From an uncultured Verrucomicrobiae bacterium (lineage in GTDB: Bacteria > Verrucomicrobiota > Verrucomicrobiia > Limisphaerales > Palsa-1400): a stretch of 64,000 nucleotides of DNA. Of this stretch, positions 1-12,000 are shown in pieces (the first letter of the stretch is position 1; every line of letters starts with the position of its first letter). A program made the position numbers and the translations under genes. Below the pieces are notes generated by a model that ran no database searches, was not told the origin of the DNA, and saw only the letters and a list, made by a program, of their open reading frames with translations. The stretch covers positions 544,001 through 608,000 of the forward strand of contig CAVPOM010000004.1 in the NCBI GenBank assembly GCA_963707025.1. Direction: 5' to 3'.

Positions 1-3000
1 GAGGGGATTGGCCGCCCACAGGCTCAGAGACCCGCCAAAACCCGGCGGCGGGTTATAGGTGTATTGGTAGTTGCCATTGGCATCGGTGGTCACCGGGATG
101 TGCCAGCGGTAACCGCGCGTGGCGAAACCGAGGTTCAGGGCCGCATTGGGAAGGGGCAATCCAGTGGCGCGGGTGATGGCCTGCCCGGTGATGAGGACCG
201 CATCGTCATTCGTGTAAATGATCTTGTCGGTTTGGGCCGTGCCGTAGTACGGCGTTTGCGCCAGGCCGGAGACCATGCTCCCAAACAGCGGGCCGGAAGT
301 GAGTTGAGCCGGAGTGCCGATTTGGCTGTAGTTGGTGCCGACCACGGCTTCGAAGGTCACATTCCCGGTGCCAACCAGCGCCGCCGGCACCAGGACGTTG
401 GGGGCGGTGAATTGAACCGAGGCTCCTGGGGCGACGTTCACATAGGCGGTGCCGTCCGGCAGGAAGGTGGTTCCCGGCGGCGTGCCTTGGTAAGGGGTGC
501 GGCTGACTTCCTGACCCAAGGAATTCTGGACCGAGATATAAACATCGCCGGGCTGGTTTCCGCTGGCCCGCTCCACGATGAACTGCATGTTGACGTAACC
601 GCGATTGAAGACCTGGACTTGGAACGGGGTCAAACCGCCGGCCAGCGGAAGCTGGTTGGCGGAGATGGCAACCTCGGTACCCGGCAACTGGCTGTTGACC
701 AGCGTAAAGACACTCTGGTAGGTGACGCTGCTGCCCTCACTATCCGTTTGCTGGACCGCGCTTACCTGAATGGTCTGGGTGGCCACCACCGGGGCTTCCG
801 CGACGATAACGCTTTGTTGAACGTTGCCGCCGGGACTGACGGTTGCAACCAGGTTCTGCGTCACACTCAATGGGTCCGCGCCCGGCACGGCCCGGTTCCA
901 GATCACGCGCGCCAGCGGCAGGCTGGCCGTGCCGCTGAGGTTGGTGATCCCGGCTTGAAATTGATCAAAATAGCCGGTCAGAAGCGGGTTGCTGGCACCG
1001 GTCCCCGCCGCGTTTGCCAACAAACCAAAAGCCACCGGATTCACCGTGACAATGCGCTGGGGCCCTTCCTGCGCCGAAACGTTGACCGCCGTCACACCGT
1101 AGGTGATGGCATCGGACATCGGGAGGTTGTCGGTGTAGTTCGTCGCCGTCAACAGAACCGAGTTCTGTTTGATGCCGTTGCGATAGACATTGAAGCCCGC
1201 CACGGTGGGATCGTTGCTGCTCCAAGTGAGGACCGGCACCTGACCCAAAACAGACAGGACAGACAGGTTGTTGACAGGACTGACCAGCAACTGGATCGAG
1301 GCCGGAGCGCTCGGATTCTCATTGCCCACCGCGTCCACGGCGGAAACGATGTAGCTGTCCGTGCCGCGTGGAGGATAATCAATGACCGGCCCCGCGATGG
1401 ATAACGTCTGAATGCGCGTCCCGTTGCGATAAACGTTGTAATGGTCGGGTGTCTCCCCGCCGGACGGTTCCTGCCAGGCAACCCGCACACCGCTGGGAGC
1501 CAGGGAAACGGTGACATTGACCGGCGCGGCAGGGGGCGTGCTGTCCGACGTGGCGGTCACGACATTGGAAATGGCGCTTTCAGACCCGAGCCGGCTGGCG
1601 CTGATGCCATAGCTGTAAAGTCCGTCGCCCGGAGGCAGATCAACCACGTAATTGCTGGTGATGCCGTCGAGGTCCAAGGTATATGGAACGACGAAGTTTG
1701 ACCCCGATTCGCGGTAGAGCCGGTAGATTTGCGCGTTGCTGACGGCGTCCCAGGAAAGACGGATGCTTCCGCCCGCGAGGCTGGTGGCAAGCAGCTTCGT
1801 CGGCGCCGCCGGTGGCGCAGGCAGGGAGGTGTTGTAAAGTTCCAGGCGGCCGCCCGCAATGATATTGGTTCCGACATTGCCCACGCTGTCCTGGGCGCTG
1901 AGGGCAAACTGGCCAAATCCTGAACCCATCCCCGGCGTGAGGGCGAGCGTTCCGCTCCAGTTAATGCCGGTGCCCGCGAGTGCCACGGGAACCGCGGAGC
2001 CGGCCGGCGGCGTGAAGGCGAGAGTGGGGGCCGTGCCCGACGCAGCCGGTTTAGTCAAAGTCACGCCCACGGATACACTCGTATTATTGACAGTTTGCAC
2101 GGGGCCGGCTGGCGCGGTGGCGATCGTTCCGGCGGGAGGCGTGGTATCAACCGTCAAGGGCGCACCGGAGGGGGCGCCGTTAAACGTATTGCCAACCTGA
2201 TCCTGCGCGGTGGCCATTACAGACACCGTGCCGGACGGCGTGGTGGACGCGATGACAAACACCGTTTGGTACGTGTTGAGCGCCACGTTGGTAAGGCTCA
2301 ACAACACCGGCGAGGCGGCGCCATTGGGCCGGAAGGTCAGCGAAGGCGGCGAGGCGAGGGCTTTGGTGGAGGTCAACGTGATGCCAATGGGGCCAACCCC
2401 GGCAGGCGAAGGCTGGTTGTAGGCGATGCTCAGGGCGGGCGGTGTGGGATCGTAAAAGGCCGACACCAGCGCGGAGAGCGGGCTTGGATTTCCGGCGGCA
2501 TCAAATCCAACGACGCCAAAGTAATAGGTCCCCGGAGCCACGCCCTGGACCGTGTAAGACGACAAACCGAGCAAGACCGAATGGCCGGTGGCCAGATTGG
2601 TGCTGGCAAAGGGTGAAAGGCTCCAAAACACTTCGAAGGTGGCGGGCGGCTTGCCCGATGGTGCAAAGCTCCAAGTGAGATTCAACCCCGCGCCCGGCGT
2701 GTAAACCGGCTGGTTGAGCACCACCGCCGCCGGCGCAACGGTTTCCACGGTGACGTGCCGCGCGACCGAGGAGGCGGACCCCGTGCTGTCGGAGGCCACC
2801 GCAACGATAGTGTTGACACCTTCCGCCAGGGTGAGGCCGGCCAGGTTGAAATTGCCCTGGGCGTCTGCCGTGACCGTTCCCAGAAACTGGCTGCCGGCGG
2901 AAACCTGGACGCTCATTTCCGGCTCCGCGGTTCCGCTCACGGTCAAGGCCGGATTGTTGGTCACGTAGTCCCCGGCGGGCGAAGCGATGACCGGCGCCTG

Positions 3001-6000
3001 CGGCGGCGTGACGGCAACGATAACGTCTTCGGAGAGCGTGGCGAAGTTGCCCGCCGTATCCCGCGCCAGCAATTCGACCTGGTGAATCGCGCTGCTCAGG
3101 GAGCGAAGGTCGAAGAAGTACGAAAAACTCCCGCCAGCGTTGGTGATCTGCAACACGTTATCCAGATAAAACTCAATGTCCAGGACACCGAGCGCGGCGG
3201 TGGCAGAGCCGGTGACCGTCAGCGGACGGTTCAACGTCTGGCCATCAGCGAGGCTGAAGGAGTGGATGACAGGCCCGGCGGTCACATAATTGATGTCCAG
3301 CTCCAGGGGCGCATTGGTCTGGCCGGTGATGCTGCGGTATTGGGCAAAGACATGTTTCAGTCCGCCGCCTGCCGAGAGCGGGAAAGTGGCAAAGTTGGTG
3401 AACGGGACGAAAAAGACGCCATTGAAAGTAAAATCCTCGCTCAGGCGCATGGAAGCGGCCGTGCGGCAAGCCAGTTGCACGTTGGCCGACGGGGTGCCGA
3501 CCTGGGTCACGCCGTTGGAAGCGCCGAGCGCCGGGGTCAGCAGCGGTTCAAAGTTGAGGAAGGGATTGTAAGTGACATTGCCCGCCAACGACGCACTCAC
3601 GCCGGCGTCCACCGCCGTGCCCCACCAATTGTTGGCGGCCGTCATGGGCAGGCTGCCTGCGGCGAAGGCGTTGGTTTGGTTGTTTTGGATCACGGAGTTT
3701 TGCATGGCCAGCAGCGCCGTGTCCGATTGTTCGATGCCGATTCCGTTGCCGCTGACCAGGGCGTTGCTCGATGTCAGGCTGGCTCCATCCCGGAGGGCGA
3801 GGCCCGTCGTGTTGAAACTGGCTGTGAACGCTTGAACCGAGGGCGCGCAGGCGTTGAGCGTCAATCCCCGGCCGTAAAGGATTTCCACGAAACTCAGGCT
3901 CGACCCGCCCGCGCCGCTGCCCAGCGTCACTCCGGCCCAATCACCCGCCGCGGGAGTGAGGCCCGGCGAATCGTTGGCCGAATCAAAAATGACAGGCGCC
4001 AAGGCGGTGCCATTGGCGGTCAGAGTGCCCTGCTGCACCGTCAGGCTGGTGCCGGGGGCGAAAAACAACGTGGTGCCGGGCTGAATGGTCAAAGTCGCGT
4101 TGCTCACGACGGTCATGCTTTGATAGATGTTGACCACCCTCTGCCCGGGGCCGCCGATGCTGGTGTTGACGCTGATGTTGCCCGCATAGGGATCGGACCA
4201 TTCGGCCGTGGCGACGGCGGGGTTGAAGTTGTTTTCCGCGTTGAAACCGGCCACGGCGAAATAATAAGTCTGGGTGCGGTCGAGGCCGTCCACCTGGAAG
4301 GAAGTGGCGGCGGGGCCGAGGGTCGCGCGCGAATTGAGACCGGCGACCGAAGTGAAATTGGTTTGCTGGTAGTAAACCAGGAACCCGGCGAAGCCCAGCA
4401 GGCCTGAGGTGTTGTAGCCGCTCCACGAGAGGAGAGCCGAAGTGCCTCCCACCGCCGATTCTTGAACGGTGACCGGCGGCGGCACCGCGCTGGGAATGGT
4501 AATGGCCAGCGGCGAGACCGCGGCAAGGCTGTTGCCCGCCATGTCCAGCGCCTGGATGGCGACATAATACGGGGTGTCGAGCGCCAGACCGCTGAATTGG
4601 AAGCTGCGCGCGCCTGAGCCAAGCCCGGTCAGAACAGGCAGGGCCGCAACGGAGCTGAAGTTGGTGCCCTCGATGTAAACGCGGAATCCAGCCAGATCGG
4701 GCGGCGCGGCATAACCGGCCCAGCTCACCGTGGCGGAACTGCTGTTGGTGGCGGTCACCGCCAGGACCGGGTTGGGCGGCGCGGTGGCATCCACCACGAA
4801 CTGCGCCGGATTGGTCGAAACCAGGAAATCGCCATTGACATCCTGCGCGCCGGAAACCAACAACTGGACCGTGCCATCCATGCCCGCGGCGAAGGTGACG
4901 GGCGGGGTGTGGTAGGTATCATTGCTCAGCGCGTTGGTGGTCCAATAACCATTGGTCGCCACCACGGCTTGAGGGACGACGGCGCTGTTGGTGAGGAGGA
5001 TGATGGGGGAAATGTTGCTGGCCATGCTGCGGTCGAACCGAAGCGTCAACAGGAAGTTCGTGGTGGCCGGAACGGTCCCGGCAAAATTGGCGGTGATGTT
5101 GATCACCTGGGGCAGGACGTTGAATTGGCCGTAAACGGCCACGTATTGGAGATTGGTCGGATCCAGGGTGGAGAAAGTCTTGCCAAAGGCGGCCTGGGCG
5201 CTGGCTGGCGTGTTGCTGAGGGTGAACTGCTGGAACACGTAGTAATAGGGCGGATTGGTGACAGCCAGCGGGGCGCTGAAGTTGGCGGTCTGGCCGTTGG
5301 CGTAAGTGCCCCCTCCCGCCACCGCAGCCACGCCCGGCGGAGAGGTGGCGGTGGTGACAACATGAGTCACGTTCGCCTCCGTGTAGTTGGCCACAAATGA
5401 ATGATCGGCAAACACAACGTTGGTCAAGGAGAGGTTCGTGCCGACGACAGTGGGGCCTTCGGTCCAATTGGTGAAGTGGTAGCCGATATTCGGATAGGCC
5501 GTCAGCACGCTGGTGGCGCCGTAGATATATGAACCCGCGCCGAGGATGGAGCCGGCGGCGGCGGGATTGTTCGAAACAGAGATGGCGTAAAGGGGAAGGG
5601 CGAAGTTCGCGACCAGATTGCGATTCCGGTTTACCGTGAAGGAATAAGTGGCGCTGGTGCTCTGCAAGACGCCGTTTTCCGTCCAACCCGTGAAACTGTA
5701 AGGCAGCGTCGCGGTGTTGGCCGCGGCGGTGACGACGGCGGTGGCGCCTTGCAGATAATTACCCCCGCTGGACGCGGTGCCGCCGCCGGCGGGATTGACC
5801 GCGGTGGCAATGGTGAAGAGTTGCGCCCCGGCCACAGGCGTGGTGGTGAAATTGACCGCCTGGTTTGCGCCGTTCATCGCCACCGTTTGCGGGGCGACGT
5901 TGTTGTAGCCGGCGGCGGGCAGGCCGGTGACGCCCACTTGAAAGCTCTGGTTGGGAACGGAGATCTGGTAGCTGCCGTCGGCGCCCGTTATGGCTTGAAG

Positions 6001-9000
6001 AATCGAGGCGGCGCCGGGAATGATCACCTGGACATTGTCCACGAAGCTGTTGTTCGCTTCGTTCGGGTTTAAATCCAGGAAGGTCAAAGGAGTCAGGCTG
6101 GTGCTGGCGGTGAATTCGATCTGGACGCGTCTCCAGTCAAGGTTGCCGCTCCCGCCGCTGGTTTCGCCGAAGGTATAATAATTGGTGTCAATGGTCACTC
6201 CGAGAACGCTGTTGCGGCCGTAATGGCTGTAACTTCCATGATAAAAGATCAGGTCATAAGTTGTCCCGGGAGTAGTCGGGAAACTTTGCGTGACACCGCC
6301 GCCGCCGGTATGGCCCGCGGGGTCCATGAACTGGTTGCCGTCTTCCGCCGGGCCCTCCCAGTAAAGGCTGACCAAGTCCACATCGGCGCCGGCGTGGCCG
6401 ACCACGGCCCAGCCTGTGACGCTGGTCGAACCTAATCCGTAATAAGTGTAGGGCGTGGTTCCTATGGAGGGGAGTTCGAAGCTGCCATTTTGAACCAGGT
6501 TGCTCACGCCAACCATGTCGGCAAAAACCGTGACGCCGGAAATGGGATGGTTGCTGGTGTCGGTGACCAGCCCGCTGATTTGCAGGGGGGCGGCCAGGGT
6601 GGGCGGGGCCAGGGCCTGCAAGGTGACCGAGGCGGGTCCGTAGTTCAGGTCCCAATTCACGCCACCGCTCAGAGGCGGCAGGTTGGCGGTGGCAAAGACG
6701 CCCGACTCCGAAGCATAGGAGATGAGCGCAACAACGTCGCCCACGGCCGGCGTGTAGCCATTGAGAAGGTTGACGCCGAGAGTGCCATCGAGGTTGACAT
6801 TGCCTGGCAGGAACAACTGGCCGGCCAGGTTCGGCCCCGACAGGCCGAAATCGAGCGTGGCGCCGGCCTGCGCATAGGTGGCGGAGTTGATGAAGTTGAG
6901 GTAGCCTGATTCAATGTCGAACGCCCCCCCCGAATTGAGGACGGATACATTGTTGAAGGTGGTCCCGCCAAAGGTGACGGTTTTGGACAAGGTGCCGTTG
7001 TTGACGAAACTGGAATTGCCACCGCCATAAGCGCTGTTGATCTGGTAATCGTTCTGGACCAGCCAGAGGCTGTTGTTGGTGATGGCCGTGCCGCCGCTGC
7101 CCCGAACCGCCCCTCCCGTCCACAGCACCGTGCCGTTGTTGACCAAGACTGACCCAGGCATGTTCTTGTCGGAGCCGGTGGCCAGGTTGAGCACCGCGTT
7201 GCTCGCAATAGTCAGCCAATTGTTGTTCAGTCCGCCGGCATTCCAGTTCAAGGTCCCGGTGACGGTATTGGAGCCGGTCAAAGTGGCGCCTGAAAGGGTC
7301 AGGTTGGTGATGGCACCGCTGTTCTGGAAAGCAGGGCCAAGAACAAGATTGCCTCCGGCCAAAAGCAAGTTTGGAATTTGGTCGGTCAGGAGGGTGAGTG
7401 TGCCGCCGCTGAACTGGCTCGCCCCAGGACCCTCGAAGAGCGGCGGCGCGCCCGCGGAAAAACCGCCCCCTGTCAGACTGAGCGTCGCAAACTGGGCGAC
7501 GTTGTAGGTTCCGCCAAGCAGGCCCCCGCCCGCGAAATTGACGGCGCCGGTCTCGACATCCACGAAACCGCTGTTTTGAAAGGCAACAGAGCCGTTCAAG
7601 GTGGTTGTGCCGTAGGTGCCCTGTTTGCGGAACGTGCTGTTATTGATGAAGGTCACGCTGCCGCCATTGTTGTAGATTTGATCATCGGACTCTTCCAGCC
7701 AAAGCCCGTTGTTGTCGAACACGGCCCCATTGTTGCCCACCAGCGTGGCGCCGTTCCAGAAGACGGCGCCGAAGTTGGTCAGGGAACTGGCGGGGAAATT
7801 GAGATTTCCACCGGAAACCAGGTTCAACACCGCATTGCTGGCCACCGTCAACGAGCCGCTCAAGGAACCCGCCCCCCAGGTGTAGGCGCCGGTCACGGTG
7901 TAGTTGCCGGAAAGGGTCGCGCCCAGGTTGGTCAAATTGTTGATCGCGCCCGCATTCTGAAACGCCGCGCCCAGGACGACGGTGCCGCCTTCCAGGAGCA
8001 GGCCGGGAGCCAGGTCGTTCAGCAGCGTCAGCGTGCCGCCGGTCAGCCGGGTGGTCCCGGCGCCGGTGATGGAGGGCAAGGCATTGAACACAAAGCTGCC
8101 GCCGTTGAAATTGATGAAGGCGCCGGAGGCGGTGTTGTAGGTCCCCGAAAGCGTGCCGCCGGAGTTGAGGTTGAAAGCGCCGCTTTGGGCGTCCAGCGTG
8201 TTATTGTTGACAAACGCCAGGCCGGTGATGGTCGTCGTGCCAGTGGCGGCGGATTTGCGCAGCACGCCGTTGTTGATAAACGTGGCCGCGCCGTTCCCAA
8301 AACCAATCTGGTTGTCGCATTGCACCAGCCACAGATTGTTGTTCGTCACCACCGAAGCAGCATTGCCGTTCAGGTTGCCTCCGGTCCAATTGACCTGGCC
8401 CGAATTGATCAGCGCGGAACCTGACATGTCTTTATCGGAGCCGCTGAGGTTGAGCACGCCGTTGGGGGCGACGGTCAATTGGCCGCTGAGAGAGCCGCCC
8501 GTCCAATTGAAAGTGCCGGTCACGGTGTTCGTGCCCGAAAGGGTTGAGCCGGCAATGGCCAGGTTGGTGATCGAGCCGCCCTGGAAGGCAGGGCCGAGCA
8601 CGACCGTGCCGTGAACGAGGTAAAAGCCGGGGGGGATGTCGTTGAGGATGGTGAGCGTCCCGCCGGCAAACTCACCGGCCCCGGAACCGGTGAAGGCCGG
8701 CAGGGCGCCCAGGGTAAAGGCGCCGCCATTGAAATAAATATAGGAGCCCGCCGCGGTGTTGTAAGTCCCGCCGAGCGTCCCGCCGCTGTTGAAGTAAACC
8801 GGTCCGGCCTGGGCGTCCACCGTGCCATTGTTGACAAACGACAGGCTGTTGAGAAAGGTCGCGCCGCCGTTGTTCAGGGTCCGCAAGATGCTATTGTTGA
8901 CAAAGGAGCCGCCGTTCAGGCTGATCTGGTTGGCCGCCTCCGCCAGCCACAGCCCGCTGTTGGTGATGACGGTGGCGGCGTTGCCCGAGAGGGAGCCGCC

Positions 9001-12000
9001 CGTCCAGAGGACCGTGCCGAGATTGACGAGGGTCCCTCCGGAAAGACTGACATTGCCGCTGATGTTCAGCGCCGCGGTGGCCGGGATGGTCAGCAGTCCG
9101 GCCACCGTGCCGCCCGTCCAGGTGAACGCATTGGTGGCGGACAGGACGCCCGGGCCTTGCAGGGTCCCGCTGCTGAAATGGATATTGTTGACAGTAGCGC
9201 TGCCGCCGATGTTGACGGCGCCCCCGTTGGCGATGGTCACGTTGTCCAGCACCCCGGGAACGCCGTTGGGACTCCAGTTGCCCGGTGTAAACCAGTCGGA
9301 GGAGACCGCGCCGGTCCAGGTGTAATTGGTGGTCTGCGCCTGGTCGGAATAGACCGTGATGTTGACCGGCGCGGAGGTTGCGACCGCGCCCGCCGCGTCA
9401 ATCGCCCACGCGCTGAGGGTGTAAATACCGGGGGAGACGGAGTTCCAGGTGAAATTATACGGGCTGCTCAGGGCCTGCCCGATCAGGTTGGTGCCCTGGT
9501 AGAACTGGACGGCGGCAATGGCGGCATTGGTGTCGCTGACCGTGGTGGCAATGGGGATGTTGACAGGAATGGCGAACTTCTGGTTGTTGGTCGGACTGGT
9601 GATGCTGATGGCCGGACCGAGCAGGTTGGTGATCAAAAGGGTCACGGCACTGGCGCCATAGGTGAGCTGCCAGGAAGCCCCATCGGCCGGAAGATTGGTC
9701 GTGGAAAAAGTCCCGCTATGCGAGGGATAACTGATGATATTGAAAGTGTTGCTCAGGCCGAGGACATAATTGTTGTCCAAATTGACATTCAGGGTGCCGG
9801 CCAGGGTGGCGGCGCTGCTCAGGCCGATGTGACCGCTGCTGCCCACCCCGTCAATGCCGATGGCCCAGGCGCCGCCAGTCTGGCTGAAGGCGTTGTTGAA
9901 ATTCATCGTGCCGCTCTCGGCGTCCACGACGCCTGTGCCAATGTACTGCACACTGATCGGGCTGGCGCCCGTGGTTCCCCATTTGCGCAGGAGTCCGGCG
10001 TTGTTGATGAATTCGCCTCCCGTATAATCACCCAAGCTCTGGTCGCATTGGATATTAATCGCCGCCCCCGCCTGATTATACAGGCCGTAGTAGTAGAACG
10101 TCCAAGGGCCGGCGGTCCAATTGATCGTTCCGGAGTTGGTCACCCAATTCTGCAAGCCCTTGTTGCTGGAACCGGTGAGGGTGAGCACGGCGTTGCTCGG
10201 GATCATCAGCGGCGTGTAGAGCCTGCCCCCGTTCCAGTTGGCGGTCGCTCCCGGATTCAGGGTCAGCGCCGCGTTGACGTTGCCATTCCAACTCACTGTG
10301 GCGTTGCTCAGAACGGTCAACGGCCCGTTGATATTGCCGTTGAGGGTCAGGGTTCCCGAAACGGCGTTGCTGCCAATCAGATTCTGCCCGTTGAGGGTGA
10401 GGTTGGTGATGGTGCCGCCCTGGAAGTTGGTGCTGAGGGCAATCGTGCCGCCGCTCATCTGAAGATTGGGAATCGTGTTGCTGAGCAGCGTCAATGTGCC
10501 CCCAGTCATATAAAAACTGCCCGCGCCGTCGAACAGCAGGGGAGGGGTAATGGTGAAGCTGCCCCCGCTCAGATACAAAGCGCTTCCGCCGGCAATGCTG
10601 TACGGGCCGGACAAAACCGCGCCGCCGTTGAAATTGATGACGGTCCCGGCTGCGCCCAGAAACGTCCCCGAGGGATTCTGCACCAAATTGTAGAAAGTGA
10701 AGTTCCCGGATTCCAAGTCAACGGTGGCGGTGTTGTAAATCTGCACGCTAATGCCGCTCGTGCCTGTGGTTCCCCATTTGCGCAGGAGTCCGGCGTTGTT
10801 GATGAATTCGTTGCCCGAATAATCACCCAGGCTCTGATCGCACTGGATATTAATCGCCGCCCCCGCCTGATTATACAGGCCGTAGTAGTAAAACGTCCAA
10901 GGGCCGGCGTTCCAATTGATCGTTCCAGAGTTGGTCACCCAATTCTGCAAGCCCTTGTTGCCGGAACCGGCGAGGGTGAGCACGACGTTGCTCGGGATCG
11001 TCAGCGGCGTGTAGAGCCTGCCTCCGTACCAGTTGGCGGTCGCTCCCGGATTCAGGGTCAACGCCGCGTTGACGTCGCCATTCCAATTCAAGGTGGCGTT
11101 GCTCAAGACGGTCAACGCGCCGTTGATATTGCCGTTGATGGTCAGCGTTCCGGAAACCGTGCAGGCGCTGGCCAGGTTCAGGCCGTTGAGGGTGAGGTTG
11201 GTGATGGTGCCGCCTTGGAAGTCGGTGCTCAGCGCAATCGTGCCGCCGCTCATTTGCAGATTGGGAATGGGGTTGGTCAGCAGCGTCAGCGTGCCGCCTG
11301 TCATGAGATAATTGCCCGCGCCATTGAACAGCAGGGGTGGGCTGATCGTGAAGGTCCCAGCGCCCAAATTCAACGTGCCGCCGGCAGCTATGGTGTAAGG
11401 GCCGGACAAAACCGCGCCGCCGTTGAAATTCATGACGGTTCCGGCTGCGCCCAGAAAAGTCCCCGAGGGATTTTGAACCGAATTGTTGAAGATGAGGTTC
11501 CCGGATTCCAAATCAATCGTGCCGGTGTTGTAAATCTGCACGCTGATGGAACTGGTGCCGGTATAGGGCGCTCCGAAGGTGGCCAACTTCTGGAGGGTGC
11601 CGGCGTTGTTGATGAATTCGCTGCCCGAATAATCACCCAGGCTCTGATCGCACTGGATATTAATCGCCGCCCCCGCCTGATTATACAGGCCGTAGTAGTA
11701 AAACGTCCAAGGGCCGGCGTTCCAATTGATCGTTCCGGAGTTGGTCACCCAATTCTGCAAGCCCTTGTTGCCGGAACCGGCGAGGGTGAGCACGGCGTTG
11801 CTCGGGATCATCAGCGGCGTGTAGAGCCTGCCTCCGTACCAGTTGGCGGTCGCTCCTGGATTCAGGGTCAACGCCGCGTTGACGTCGCCATTCCAATTCA
11901 AGGTGGCGTTGCTCAAGACGGTCAACGCGCCGTTGATATTGCCGTTGATGGTCAGCGTTCCGGAAACCGTGCAGGCGCTGGCCAGGTTCAGGCCGTTGAG

